Source: Candidatus Heimdallarchaeota archaeon (GTDB lineage Archaea; Asgardarchaeota; Heimdallarchaeia; Hodarchaeales; Hodarchaeaceae). From it: DNA of 64,000 bases. The notes beneath the pieces were generated by a model. The model did not search any database. It was not told where the DNA came from and was given only the letters and a program-made list of their open reading frames with translations. The stretch lies in NCBI GenBank assembly GCA_020353515.1, contig CP070695.1, forward strand, positions 1,797,435 through 1,861,434, given 5' to 3'. Both the position numbers and the translations under genes were made by a program. The stretch's first letter is position 1. Every line of letters begins with the position of its first letter. Positions 30,184 through 41,199 of this stretch are shown here, piece by piece.

Positions 30184-31196
30184 AAATTAATCGGGTACCC
30201 TCCGATTTTTTTAGCATAGTGATAAGCCTCCAGAATTGCCTGTACATTATGACCTTCAAATAAGCTATTACTAGAGGAGAATAGATATCCTCCACCTGGG
30301 GCACCCTGTTTTAAAGATCTCTCGACATCTCTTCTGACAACCTCGAGATCTGATTGACAGAGAATTTCTGTGGTGTCCAAATTGCCTGCTAAGACAAGTT
30401 TATCGCCGTATTGGCTTTTAATATCTGCTAGATCAATGTTGGCTTTTGATTCTAACGAATGTACTCCTGCAAAACCTGCCTCGATGATCATTGATAGAAG
30501 TGGAGTAACGTGTCCGTCGCTATGCCAGATTATTGGAACCTCAGATACGTTTACAATTTTTTTATATTCAGGAAGGATCAATTTACGAAATAATTTTGGT
30601 GATATCAGAGGACGTGAATTATCTGCCACATCATCTCCAAGAATAATGAAATCCACTTCATTTTGGTTTGCTTGTTCAACCAATGAAATTGTCCATTCAG
30701 TACTCCTCTCAATTACTGCTTCTACTAATTCAGGCTGCTCATACAATGAAAGAAAGAAGTTTTCCATTCCCATACTCAAATAAGATAATCCTAAAGTACA
30801 ATCGTGCCACGAAAAAAACAAAGCGAAGTCTTTTGCGTATTTTAGTCTGGTTTGCTTGATTTTTTCGTCTGGAAACCAGTCTTGAGCGTGTGAGGTAGGC
30901 ACAGAATATTTCTCTAAATCCTCCTCTGATTTTATCAACCCACTATGATACTGCCCACGTTGGAAAACTCGGCCCCATTCGTCAATTCCATCTCCATACG
31001 CCTTAGAATTCTTGGGATGGAATCCAAGTGGCATGCAATCAAGACCAAGTTTTTCCCTAGCAATATAGGTATCTCCTCCTAACGCTTTAACTATTTCTGA
31101 TTCAATCCACGCTTCAAAAAGTGGGACACAATCGGGTTCTTGATGTTCGAAAGCAACCATTACCCGTTCTCGTGAATTCAATACCAAGTCCATCAC
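30180..31196 (-). CDS. Uroporphyrinogen decarboxylase (URO-D/MtaA-CmuA) family protein
   Basis: SRERV...EPDCVP, DEWG, GDD, WHSDG, GNLD, APGGGYLFSSSNS. Confidence 0.85.
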   Translation of the reverse strand: MMDLVLNSRERVMVAFEHQEPDCVPLFEAWIESEIVKALGGDTYIAREKLGLDCMPLGFHPKNSKAYGDGIDEWGRVFQRGQYHSGLIKSEEDLEKYSVPTSHAQDWFPDEKIKQTRLKYAKDFALFFSWHDCTLGLSYLSMGMENFFLSLYEQPELVEAVIERSTEWTISLVEQANQNEVDFIILGDDVADNSRPLISPKLFRKLILPEYKKIVNVSEVPIIWHSDGHVTPLLSMIIEAGFAGVHSLESKANIDLADIKSQYGDKLVLAGNLDTTEILCQSDLEVVRRDVERSLKQGAPGGGYLFSSSNSLFEGHNVQAILEAYHYAKKIGGYPINF

Positions 31197-31277
31197 ATCT
31201 AATATTCTGTATTAATTTTTAATTTTCTTAATATCTTGTTCTATTCAGCTTCTAAAGAATTAGATGGGAAACAACGG

Positions 31278-32849
31278 ATGAGTGCTTTCAATAATTCTGG
31301 TCACACCATCGGTATTGATGTAGGTAGTTCTGGAATACGGTTATTACTTCTCAATACTATGGGAAATACTATAAATGACCTAATAGTAACCTATAAAGCC
31401 CTTGAAGATCAAAATCACAATATTTGGGATGATGAAAAAAGAGTAAATTTGGAGAATTTGACTAAAACTATTGAGAATCAACTTTCCCTCTTGATAGAGG
31501 GGTACCCACAGGTCAATATTTCTTCTCTCTCCATTTCTGGAATTGGCCCTTCACTTGTTTTATTATCCAAACAAGCACAACCATTATCAAATGCCTATAC
31601 ATATGCTTATCAGGGTGCACAAGATTATGTAAAACTACTACCTATTAATTTCCAAAAAAGAACAGGGGGTTTGCATAGTGGTGCATTACCTTATGTCCAG
31701 CTTCTACAACTTAAAGACAATGATATTTTAAAGTCGTGTTCCAAGATTACAACAATAAATGACTATCTTACTTGGAATATGACGAATTTACCATTAAAAG
31801 AGATTTTTTCTTCAGTTCCTAATGCATCGTACACAGGTTTCTATTCAATACAACAAGAAGAATGGGATATAAAACTTTTAGAAGAAATTGGACTGAATCT
31901 CAAGATATTACCAAAAATCGTTCCTTTAGGTACAATATTTCCCATCAAAAACAAATTTAAACTACTCTCAAGTGTTTTCAAAGATACAAATGTAATTACA
32001 GGAGCAATTGATGGTATCGATGCTTTTTGGGCTACTGGAGTAGAAAGAAAAGACATTATTGTCGGTTCAGCAAGTTCTACAGGAGCGTTACGAAGATTGA
32101 GAAAAACTCCAAAAAAAGAATACGTTAGCCGACTTGTTCAATGTTGTCAAATCGATAAAGGTCTATGGGTAGAGTTAATCCCATTTAATAATGTAGGTAC
32201 CTCTCTTACTTGGCTTGCGGATAATTTCAGCTATTTGTTTGAAAATTATCTTACTGAAGATGCCCAATTAGATATTATAAGATTAGAGGGAGAGACAGAA
32301 GATAAACTTGAAGAAAAGATTGGAGATTTGAAATCGTATCTCTTGAAACTCCCATTATACTTCCCATATATTGAAGGGGAACCCAGAGGGCCTAATGGAA
32401 GAGGGAGAATAAGGGGAGGTTTTATATTCCAAATGGAACGACGAAAAAATAAAAAATGTGTTGACTTATACCTTTCAGTATTGATTGGTATTGTGAATAT
32501 GTACAGACATAATCTTGAAGTTCTCGACCCTCCAGATGACTGTAAGGAAATTCGACTAACAGGGCTAATTGCTCAGAAGTCACGACTATTCTTAAGATTA
32601 TTGGCATCATTGACAAACAAAAACATCGTTATAATGAGAACTGATCAATCGATAGCATGGGCAACTGGTATGAGGGCCCTAACTTACATTAATATTCTAG
32701 ATACCATGCCAAAAGTTTCTGTACTAGACTCCATTTTACCAGAAAATAGTGAAATTCAACAATGTCTTGCACTCCTCTATAAAAAATACATGGAAGTCTA
32801 TAACACACCAATGAATTATCAGATCACTCATTCGGAAAGAGAAATCTAA
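31278..32849 (+). CDS. FGGY-family carbohydrate kinase (gluconokinase/xylulokinase-like)
   Basis: IGIDVGSSGIR, NASYTGF, GAIDG, FPYIEGEPRGP. ATG 31278 chosen; the ORF extends to 31236. Confidence 0.75.
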   Translation: MSAFNNSGHTIGIDVGSSGIRLLLLNTMGNTINDLIVTYKALEDQNHNIWDDEKRVNLENLTKTIENQLSLLIEGYPQVNISSLSISGIGPSLVLLSKQAQPLSNAYTYAYQGAQDYVKLLPINFQKRTGGLHSGALPYVQLLQLKDNDILKSCSKITTINDYLTWNMTNLPLKEIFSSVPNASYTGFYSIQQEEWDIKLLEEIGLNLKILPKIVPLGTIFPIKNKFKLLSSVFKDTNVITGAIDGIDAFWATGVERKDIIVGSASSTGALRRLRKTPKKEYVSRLVQCCQIDKGLWVELIPFNNVGTSLTWLADNFSYLFENYLTEDAQLDIIRLEGETEDKLEEKIGDLKSYLLKLPLYFPYIEGEPRGPNGRGRIRGGFIFQMERRKNKKCVDLYLSVLIGIVNMYRHNLEVLDPPDDCKEIRLTGLIAQKSRLFLRLLASLTNKNIVIMRTDQSIAWATGMRALTYINILDTMPKVSVLDSILPENSEIQQCLALLYKKYMEVYNTPMNYQITHSEREI

Positions 32850-32918
32850 AAAAATGAATTATTTAATCCTTATAAATTGACTGAGGGATTGAATCAACTA
32901 CCAAAAATGTGAAATATA

Positions 32919-34346
32919 ATGAAAGCAGATATTGGTCTTATTGGACTAGCTACAATGGGTCAAAATTTAGCATTAAATATAGAAAGAAATCAATATACCA
33001 TTGCAGTATACAATAGGACTACAGAAAGACTTGATGAATTTATTAATGGAAAGGGGTTCGAGAAGAATATCATCGGGTGTTATGATGTTGAGAATCTCTG
33101 TAACACCTTAAAAAAACCTCGAATTATATTGTTGATGATAAAAGCTGGTAAACCTGTTGATGATTCCATTTCAATGCTCCTTCCATTCTTAGAACCAGGA
33201 GATATAATCATTGATGGAGGAAATTCCTTTTTTAGTGATACAATACGGAGATTAAAAAAACTAGAGAATAAAGGAATTCATTATCTAGGAGCGGGTATTT
33301 CGGGAGGTGAAGAGGGAGCATTAAAAGGACCTTCGATAATGCCAGGGGGATCATTGGAAGCTTGGAAACATGTAGAAGAGATCTTTACAAAAATTACAGC
33401 GAAAATCAATGGGGATCCATGTTGTAGTTACATTGGTTCTGATGGAGCAGGTCACTATGTTAAAATGGTGCATAATGGCATAGAATACTCTGATATGCAA
33501 CTGATTTCAGAGATATATTATATCTTAAAGAAATTTCTCAATTTGACTGCTTATGAATTAGCAAAAATATTCGCTGAATGGGATAAGGGGGATCTTAATT
33601 CTTACCTAATTAAAATTACCAGTAAAATTCTTTTAGAGGAAGATCCAGTCACAAAAAATCCTTTAGTTGACATGATTCTAGATTCTGCGAAACAAAAAGG
33701 GACTGGAAAATGGGCCAGTCAAGAAGCATTAGAGATGGGGGTACCTGTACCAAGTATCACAGAAGCAGTATATGCAAGGAATATTTCATCCAAAAGAGAG
33801 GAAAGGCTTGAAGCCTCCAAACTTTTGACAGGGCCCACCCCCCAATTTTCAGGAGAAAAATCTATCCTGGTTGAAGCAACACGTAAAGCACTCATTGCTG
33901 CTAAGATTTGTTCTTATGCTCAAGGATTCTCTTTACTTAAAGCAGCTTCAGATGAATACAAGTGGGAATTAAACCTCTCAAATATAGCTCAAATATGGCG
34001 TAACGGTTGTATTATACGAGCGCGATTCCTGAAACAAGTAAAGGTCGCTTTTCAACAAGATAAAGATCTTAGTAATCTTCTCTTAGATTCTTATTTCTCA
34101 GATGTTATTAAAACCAGCCAAGAAGATTGGAGATTTGTTGTTAACTTAGCTGTGGAGAATGGAATACCTATACCTGCCTTATCGTCAGCCCTATCTTATT
34201 ATGATAGCTATAGGAACCCTTCATTACCTGCTAATCTGATTCAGGCTCAAAGAGATTATTTTGGAGCTCATGGCTTTGAAAGAGTTGATAAAGAGCAAGG
34301 ACTAATCTATCATTATGAAAAGTGGGCTCCTCTTGACGAAGATTAA
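32919..34346 (+). CDS. gndA: 6-phosphogluconate dehydrogenase, decarboxylating, NADP-dependent long form
   Basis: IGLIGLATMGQNLALN, YNRT, SGGEEGA, KMVHNGIEY, QKGTGKW, LIQAQRDYFGAH. Confidence 0.97.
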   Translation: MKADIGLIGLATMGQNLALNIERNQYTIAVYNRTTERLDEFINGKGFEKNIIGCYDVENLCNTLKKPRIILLMIKAGKPVDDSISMLLPFLEPGDIIIDGGNSFFSDTIRRLKKLENKGIHYLGAGISGGEEGALKGPSIMPGGSLEAWKHVEEIFTKITAKINGDPCCSYIGSDGAGHYVKMVHNGIEYSDMQLISEIYYILKKFLNLTAYELAKIFAEWDKGDLNSYLIKITSKILLEEDPVTKNPLVDMILDSAKQKGTGKWASQEALEMGVPVPSITEAVYARNISSKREERLEASKLLTGPTPQFSGEKSILVEATRKALIAAKICSYAQGFSLLKAASDEYKWELNLSNIAQIWRNGCIIRARFLKQVKVAFQQDKDLSNLLLDSYFSDVIKTSQEDWRFVVNLAVENGIPIPALSSALSYYDSYRNPSLPANLIQAQRDYFGAHGFERVDKEQGLIYHYEKWAPLDED

Positions 34347-34364
34347 CCTGAATTTTGCTACTAC

Positions 34365-35186
34365 TTAAACAGGGTAATATCGTTTAACTTGTTCATTATT
34401 CTGACTAGTCAAGGGAAATTCCAGATTAAACTTAATAAATGAGGATTGACAAGGTGGGCCTCTTGCTACATTGAACACTATCTTCGGATTCTTCCCAAAA
34501 TTAATCAAGATAAAGTAACTATAAACTGTCGTATAGGAATGATCTTGAAATGAGGAAAGCCCATGTCGGCATATTGCAGCCTTATTATGCGATCTCAAAA
34601 GAAAACGAATATCCTCAACATTAGAAGCATCTTTGAGTGTTTTTACGGATTCATTAAAACGATATACACTATGATCAATATTTAGCCTATCTTTAACTGG
34701 ATCAGCTTTTATTATGGCTTCAGTAGTCTCCAAGATTAAGTGGTGATTCGTTCGAACCATGTAATCATCTGATTGCTCACTAGCTAACTCGGAGGAGGTA
34801 AGTTCAATGGCAATTAACTGATCTGGGGTGGCTATAACCATATTACACCACTGATAATCCGTCCTTCCATGAACTTCTTCTTTACAAATATCAATTGCTT
34901 CCTCCACAGCCTTAGCTTCTAGAATAATCCGTTCAGTAAGCAAATCATAGGGTGAGTCCGAAGTAGCTAATATATTTGAGTTTACAGCCACCAGGTTATG
35001 ACGATTGACTCCGATTGAGAATCCAGCGGCCTTCTTACTACGAAGATTCACACCCCGCACTCCAAACGCATGGGAATGTTCAAAAGAAAGCTGATCAGAA
35101 TGGTTTTTGACTCTAAAATCTTTATTTTTGAATACAACTAAAATTTGTTCATCCTTAAAGATTTTCGCGCCTGTAGTGCACCCCAT
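34365..35186 (-). CDS. Ntn-hydrolase (C45/C59-like, N-terminal Cys nucleophile)
   Basis: MGCT start, KNKD, GVN, RTNH, ICRH...TVYS, GPPC; GGTGA RBS. Confidence 0.7.
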   Translation of the reverse strand: MGCTTGAKIFKDEQILVVFKNKDFRVKNHSDQLSFEHSHAFGVRGVNLRSKKAAGFSIGVNRHNLVAVNSNILATSDSPYDLLTERIILEAKAVEEAIDICKEEVHGRTDYQWCNMVIATPDQLIAIELTSSELASEQSDDYMVRTNHHLILETTEAIIKADPVKDRLNIDHSVYRFNESVKTLKDASNVEDIRFLLRSHNKAAICRHGLSSFQDHSYTTVYSYFILINFGKNPKIVFNVARGPPCQSSFIKFNLEFPLTSQNNEQVKRYYPV

Positions 35187-35312
35187 TCAATCACCATCAC
35201 AAAAAACATCTAGTATTAGGATAATTATGATTTTCTTAAGACTCTATCCGCTTATGACTCTTGGGAGAAAGACTTAGACACTCGAAGACAATGTCCTAAA
35301 AATAGGTTTAAA

Positions 35313-36287
35313 ATGGAAAACGAGGAATCTATAGCAAAATCCAAAGAGAAAGGATATGAGATAGGAGCATACCTTCTATTACTTGCAACAGCTGTCATTT
35401 GGGCTTTCACCTGGCCATTAGGCCGCTGGTTAGTATCCCCTGAAGTAGGTGGAGAAACAATTCCTCCTATGATTATTGCTTCTCTTCGATATTTACTAGT
35501 AATCCCTTGTTTCTTTTTAATTCTTAAAATAAAAGAGAAAAATCTAAACATTAGTTTTATGAAGAGTCATTGGAAGATTTTTGCCTTTATGGGTATAACC
35601 TCCGTAACTGTTTATCAGGCAGGATACTTAATTGGCGAATATTATACCTCTGCTAGTGATGCTGTTGTTATAGTGAGCAGTCATCCGATGTTAGTTTTAA
35701 TTTTTGCAAGCATAGTATTAAAAATGGAAAAATTAAATGGAATGAGAATTTTTGGAACATTATTGTCTTTTACAGGAATATTGTTGATCTTTGGCTTTTC
35801 TCCTAATGTTGATGTCCCTAATCGAATCTTGGGTGATATTCTGATTTTTCTTGGGGCAATATTTTATGCACAATACATAGTAGTATCACGATATTTCTTG
35901 AATAAATGTGAAAAGGAATCCTTCCAACCCTCTTCTTTGTATATCATTACTTGGGTATCATTTTTTGGATTACTTAGCACGATACCTGTATCATTAATCA
36001 TATCTCCAGAGTATATTAACCCAATTCTTTACTTTCAAGTTCCTGAAAGAGTTTGGTTCGGAGTGGCATATCTTGCATTTGTTTCAACAGTTCTAGGATA
36101 CTGGTTTTATCTTGAGGGAGTAAAGAGGCTGTCTGCAAGTCGGGCAGCAATATTTCAGAATCTGGTGCCGATATTTGGGGTCGGTCTTTCTGTTATTCTA
36201 TTAAATGAGATTTTTGACCCATTGATTCATATTTCATCAATTCTGCTAATAATAACTGGGATAACGCTTGTAAACAGAGGAAAATGA
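35313..36287 (+). CDS. DMT/EamA family transporter
   Basis: Two EamA halves, about 10 TM, ASRAAIFQNLVPIFG. Confidence 0.9.
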   Translation: MENEESIAKSKEKGYEIGAYLLLLATAVIWAFTWPLGRWLVSPEVGGETIPPMIIASLRYLLVIPCFFLILKIKEKNLNISFMKSHWKIFAFMGITSVTVYQAGYLIGEYYTSASDAVVIVSSHPMLVLIFASIVLKMEKLNGMRIFGTLLSFTGILLIFGFSPNVDVPNRILGDILIFLGAIFYAQYIVVSRYFLNKCEKESFQPSSLYIITWVSFFGLLSTIPVSLIISPEYINPILYFQVPERVWFGVAYLAFVSTVLGYWFYLEGVKRLSASRAAIFQNLVPIFGVGLSVILLNEIFDPLIHISSILLIITGITLVNRGK

Positions 36288-36317
36288 GTGACACATTCAA
36301 TCATATTATATAATTAG

Positions 36318-37781
36318 TTGTACTCTAAGGAGACAAGTGAGAGTATGAAAGAGACATCTTTAATAATCCCATTAAGAAAGATCCTCCCTATAACTGCCAT
36401 CGGAACATTTATGTCTGCCATGGATGGAAGTATAGTTAACATTTCCTTATTTACGATTGCAGGTGCATTGAACACGAACATGGAAGGAGTCAGATGGGTA
36501 ACCATAATTTATCTTCTTGTTATTTCATCTTTAATTGGAATTGGGGGATCTTTGGGAGATAATTATGGCAGGAAAAAGATCTTCCAGCTTGGAATGCTAT
36601 TATTTATTTTGGGATCCTTCTTCTGTGCTTTCTCTCCTACTCTAGAAATACTGGTTCTCTCTCGGGCCCTACAAGCAATTGGAGCAGCTGGTCTTATGGC
36701 AAATGGATTAGCCTTAGTAATTACATATGTTGAGCCATCAGTAAGGGGACGCGCGATTGGTATAAATTCATTAGTTGTTGCATCCGCTCTTTCTACTGGG
36801 CCAGCTTTAGGTGGGATTTTAACGAGATATGTGGGATGGCCAAGTATATTTCTAATAAATATACCAATAGGATTTCTTGGAATACTACTTGTTCAATATT
36901 TTATTCCAGAAACTTCAGAAAAACGGTATAAACTTGATTTCGGGGGAATGGTTACTTTTATTATCACAGCTTTCTCTCTAGTTCAAGGAATTTTAACCTT
37001 GTTCAAAGGGGAACTCATTGGTGGAATACTCATTATGCTTGCCTTAGTTTGTGGTTTTATTTTCATTCGTATAGAAAGTAACCACACAACTCCGATGATA
37101 TCCATTGACATTCTACGGGATAAAACAATTTTAACTGGTATCATTTCTTCTTTTCTTTGTTACATGGTTTATTATAGCGTAGTTTTTCTTTTACCATTCT
37201 ATTATCAGGAGGTTCTCTTATTTGCACCAGATCAAACTGGAATCTTGATGGTCGTTCCCCCTCTCGCAATGGCGGTCATGGGCCCATTTGCAGGGTTTTT
37301 TGCCGAGAGAATTGATGCTAAACGGTCTACCTCATTTGGTGCTGTAATGCTAAGTTTTTTTGTATTATCACTTGCGTTTTTATTTACCATATTCCCCAAT
37401 AATTCGAGGGAGATTGTTTTTATTCTTGTACCATTAGTGGCGTTTTCAGCAGGGTCTTTAACTACATTTACTGTTTCAAATGGAACTTCTGTGATGAATG
37501 CAGCCCCTAAAGGTGATGTTAGTGTGGTAACTGGCCTTGTTGGCTTATCGAGAAATATAGGATTTGCATTAGGTACAACAATAAGTTCTTCTTTTTTTGC
37601 CTTATTCTTCTTGATAAACAATCCAAACAATATCACTTTAGGAGTGACGTTTATTTCAAGCTATTATATTAGTTTAGGGCAAACTTTCATTCTTTTTTCA
37701 ATATTTGCACTATTAGGTGCTATTATTTCTTATTTGAGAAGCTCTGACAAAATTGTCGAAAAAAACAAATCCACTACTTAA
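36318..37781 (+). CDS. MFS transporter, DHA2 (EmrB/QacA) type
   Basis: MDGSIVNISL, GSLGDNYGRKK, GPALGG; about 14 TM. Confidence 0.9.
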   Translation: MYSKETSESMKETSLIIPLRKILPITAIGTFMSAMDGSIVNISLFTIAGALNTNMEGVRWVTIIYLLVISSLIGIGGSLGDNYGRKKIFQLGMLLFILGSFFCAFSPTLEILVLSRALQAIGAAGLMANGLALVITYVEPSVRGRAIGINSLVVASALSTGPALGGILTRYVGWPSIFLINIPIGFLGILLVQYFIPETSEKRYKLDFGGMVTFIITAFSLVQGILTLFKGELIGGILIMLALVCGFIFIRIESNHTTPMISIDILRDKTILTGIISSFLCYMVYYSVVFLLPFYYQEVLLFAPDQTGILMVVPPLAMAVMGPFAGFFAERIDAKRSTSFGAVMLSFFVLSLAFLFTIFPNNSREIVFILVPLVAFSAGSLTTFTVSNGTSVMNAAPKGDVSVVTGLVGLSRNIGFALGTTISSSFFALFFLINNPNNITLGVTFISSYYISLGQTFILFSIFALLGAIISYLRSSDKIVEKNKSTT

Positions 37782-37865
37782 TCTACGATAGAAAAGTACC
37801 CAATGCGAATTGAGAATAGGTTTAAAAAGATTTGAGGACGACATTTTCTTCAGGAGGATGATCAA

Positions 37866-38951
37866 ATGGTAAAAGCGGTCATAATGAAAGAAGACGGAAC
37901 AATTGAATTACAGGAACAGCCATATCCAAATTTGGAACCAGGAGCCGTTTTAATAAAAACTGCTTACTCGGAGGTCTGTGGAACAGATGTACATCTCCAG
38001 AAAGGTCATTTAGATGAGGTTCCTTATCCAATTATTCCCGGACACGTATCTACTGGAACCATAGAAGAATTAAATGGTGATATTTATGATATTGACGGGA
38101 TTAAACTTCAAAAAGGGGATCCAATTACGTTCTTGGATGTCCATGAATCTTGCAACAACTGCTGGTACTGTCTTGTTGCAAAAGCAAGTACTCGTTGTCC
38201 AAGAAGAAAAGTTTACGGAATCACATATTCAGCAAAAGAGGGGCTTCTTGGTGGTTGGTCTGAATATATTTATCTTAAACCTGGTGTTAAAATTATTAAG
38301 CTTCCGTATAACGCTTTTATGAAGACATTCATGGCAGCAGGGTGTGGATTGCCCACTGCAATTCATGCAATACAACGATCGGAAATCAAGTTAGGGAATA
38401 CAGTTGCTATCCAGGGATCAGGACCTGTCGGGTTGATGGCAGCATTATTAGCAAAATTAAGTGGAGCATTTCACGTAATCATGATTGGAGGTCCTGATCA
38501 TCGCTTGAAGATCGCTAATTATTATGGGATTGACACTTCAATTAATATAATGGATTTTGATCCACAAGCTCGTGTTAGGCAAGTATTAGAACACACACAC
38601 AATCGGGGGGCTGATGTGACTATAGAAGCTACAGGTGTTCCTACAGCAGTTAAAGAGGGGTTAGAAATGACTAGAGATGGGGGAACATATACTATTGTTG
38701 GCCAATATACAAATGCGGGGAATGTAGAGATTAATCCGCACTTGGACATTAATAAAAAGCATTTGACAATAAAAGGATCTTGGGGTAGCGATTTCAGCCA
38801 TTTCTATTTAGCGGTTGATTTTCTTAAGCGGTATTCTACAATTTACCCCTTTAAGAATCTCATCAGTCATGAATACTCGTTAGAAGAAGCTGCTAAGGCT
38901 TTAGATGATGTTGAGCATCTCCGAGTCATGAAAGCGATTATTAAACCTTAA
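37866..38951 (+). CDS. Zinc-binding (MDR) alcohol dehydrogenase
   Basis: CGTDVH, PGH, CNNCWYC...C structural Zn site, GSGPVG. Confidence 0.92.
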   Translation: MVKAVIMKEDGTIELQEQPYPNLEPGAVLIKTAYSEVCGTDVHLQKGHLDEVPYPIIPGHVSTGTIEELNGDIYDIDGIKLQKGDPITFLDVHESCNNCWYCLVAKASTRCPRRKVYGITYSAKEGLLGGWSEYIYLKPGVKIIKLPYNAFMKTFMAAGCGLPTAIHAIQRSEIKLGNTVAIQGSGPVGLMAALLAKLSGAFHVIMIGGPDHRLKIANYYGIDTSINIMDFDPQARVRQVLEHTHNRGADVTIEATGVPTAVKEGLEMTRDGGTYTIVGQYTNAGNVEINPHLDINKKHLTIKGSWGSDFSHFYLAVDFLKRYSTIYPFKNLISHEYSLEEAAKALDDVEHLRVMKAIIKP

Positions 38952-38984
38952 GAATACCACAAACCAATCGGAGGTAACTAATTT

Positions 38985-39848
38985 TTGAAGATCATTCTCA
39001 TAAACGTTCCATTTCATCTAGGCAAGGAAAATGTAGGTATGGGAATGGGACCAGTCCGCTATTTAGAAGCGGGAATCGACCAAAATTTGAAGGATCAAGG
39101 TTATAAGGTAAAAGTTGAGAAAATACAGCTTGTTAAGCAAAATAACGATGTGATGACAACTATTGCTATGTTGAATAATTCCTTAGGAAAAGTTGTTAAA
39201 AAGGCATTAAAGGATGGTTTCTTTCCATTTATTCTTGGAGGAAACTGCAATACATGTTTAGGTACACTCGCTGGATTTGATGAACCAAAACCAGGAATAA
39301 TCTGGTTTGATGCTCATGGTGATTTTAATACTCCAGAAACAACTCCTAGTGGCTTTCTTGACGGTATGGGACTAGCAATCGCAACAGGTCAGTGTTTTTA
39401 TGACATAAACACTATAATTGAAAATATGCAACCGATTCAAGAATCTTGGACGTTACATATCGGGGCACGTGATTTGGATCCCGAAGAACGCGAACTTCTT
39501 GAAAGTACCGAAGTTCTTGTCGTTGATAATATCACATTGAAGAAGAAAGGAATACGAAAGGGACTTCTACCGAAGTTAACTGAACTTCGATCGCAGACTC
39601 AAGAAATTTATCTCCATATTGACATTGATATTATTGATCCCTCAGAAGCTCCAGGTGTTGATTTTCCTACATCTGAAGGCCTCCTTCTAGATGAAATAGA
39701 AACAGCTCTCAAGTTAATTGGTGAAAAACTACAGATAAAAGCTGCAGCTCTTACAGCTTACAATCCAGAAAAAGACATTGCGAATAAAACCCTTCAGACT
39801 GGATTCAAACTGATAAATACAATCCTAGAGATAGTTGAAAATCAATAA
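38985..39848 (+). CDS. Arginase/ureohydrolase family protein
   Basis: DAHGDFNTPETTPSG, IGARDLD, HIDIDIIDP; GGNC replaces canonical GGDH. Confidence 0.88.
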   Translation: MKIILINVPFHLGKENVGMGMGPVRYLEAGIDQNLKDQGYKVKVEKIQLVKQNNDVMTTIAMLNNSLGKVVKKALKDGFFPFILGGNCNTCLGTLAGFDEPKPGIIWFDAHGDFNTPETTPSGFLDGMGLAIATGQCFYDINTIIENMQPIQESWTLHIGARDLDPEERELLESTEVLVVDNITLKKKGIRKGLLPKLTELRSQTQEIYLHIDIDIIDPSEAPGVDFPTSEGLLLDEIETALKLIGEKLQIKAAALTAYNPEKDIANKTLQTGFKLINTILEIVENQ

Positions 39849-39860
39849 AGGTGCATTAAT

Positions 39861-40193
39861 TTGTTAAAATGGAAAGATTTTGAGAAGGTTGATATGCGCG
39901 TTGGCACAATCATTGAAGTGACAGACTTTCCAGCAGCAAGAAAACCATCTTATAAATTTAAAATCGATTTTGGATCTCTAGGAGTAAAAAAATCATCAGC
40001 ACAGATCATCTCATTGTATAAGAAAGAAGATCTTATTAATCGTCAAGTTATTGCTGTTGTAAACTTTCCTCCAAAACAAATTGCTGATTTTATGTCTGAA
40101 GTTCTCATTTTAGGAGTATTAATGGAAAAGAAAGGGGAAGTAGTTTTACTTCAACCTGAAAGAAAAGTACCGAATGGTCTCAAGATAGCCTAG
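39861..40193 (+). CDS. csaA: tRNA-binding/export chaperone CsaA
   Basis: DFEKVDMRVGTI, KKSSAQI, VVNFPPKQI, SEVL. Confidence 0.9.
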   Translation: MLKWKDFEKVDMRVGTIIEVTDFPAARKPSYKFKIDFGSLGVKKSSAQIISLYKKEDLINRQVIAVVNFPPKQIADFMSEVLILGVLMEKKGEVVLLQPERKVPNGLKIA

Positions 40194-40248
40194 TATTTTT
40201 TAGCGTGAAATAATTCTCCTTAATTACTAGCGTATCGCATGTGGTGAT

Positions 40249-41181
40249 GTGTTGGAATTTGGTGCTAAAACAGAATATGACCCTTTGCGAAAAGTACTAA
40301 TGTATCGTCCTGGAAAAGAAATCTCGCAAGTTACAAAAGACACATACCAAGAACTAACGTTTCGTGACGTTGTTTACTGGCGTCGATTCCAACAAGAGCA
40401 TGATGCTTTCTGTGATCTGCTACGAGGGGAGAATATTGAGGTTATTTTGCTTAATGACCTCCTTGAAGAGCAGGACTTCTCAGTTATTGATCCAAACTTG
40501 GTCTATACTCGAGATACAGGTGCAATCACCAAAGCGGGGTTTATCCAGATGCGTATGGCTCATCAAGTACGAAGGCCTGAGCCACCTCTTGTAGCCCGAT
40601 CATTGAAAAAACTTGGAATCCCTCTACTTGTGTCAATTGATGCTCCTGGACTATTAGAAGGGGGGGATTTCGTTTATCCTGATGAAGATACCTTAATGAT
40701 TGGTTCCAATGGAATTAGGACAAACGAAGAAGGGATCTCTCAAGCATCAAAAGCGATTTTGGAGAAAAAAATTGTTGACACAGTAGTTTATGTTCCACTT
40801 CCCTCTTGGCGAGTACATCTAGATGGAGGCCTTATGTTTGTCGATCAGGATCTTTTTATCTATCATCCTGCTTCTGTAGAGACCTTTCCCTTACGAATAA
40901 TACGTAATAATGAACCAATTGAATTTAAACCATTGATGGATTTCATTAAAGAGAATTATGATGCTGAGGGAATTCCTATTTCTGATAATGAATTATATCT
41001 ATTTGGTGCTAATGTTGTATGTTTAGATCAGAGAAAAGTTGTTATTTATGAATGGAATGAACGTATTAAAGACGAATTGCAGGATCGTAATGTAGAGGTG
41101 TTATCCATTCAAGCAGGAGAACTTTCTCGTGGTGGTGGAGGGCCACATTGTATGACATTACCTATTTTACGAAAGAAATAG
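40249..41181 (+). CDS. Arginine deiminase/amidinotransferase superfamily enzyme
   Basis: PNLVYTRD, LEGGD, HLD, GGGGPHCMTLP catalytic Cys. Confidence 0.9.
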   Translation: MLEFGAKTEYDPLRKVLMYRPGKEISQVTKDTYQELTFRDVVYWRRFQQEHDAFCDLLRGENIEVILLNDLLEEQDFSVIDPNLVYTRDTGAITKAGFIQMRMAHQVRRPEPPLVARSLKKLGIPLLVSIDAPGLLEGGDFVYPDEDTLMIGSNGIRTNEEGISQASKAILEKKIVDTVVYVPLPSWRVHLDGGLMFVDQDLFIYHPASVETFPLRIIRNNEPIEFKPLMDFIKENYDAEGIPISDNELYLFGANVVCLDQRKVVIYEWNERIKDELQDRNVEVLSIQAGELSRGGGGPHCMTLPILRKK

Positions 41182-41199
41182 TAACAGGTACAAGATGAG

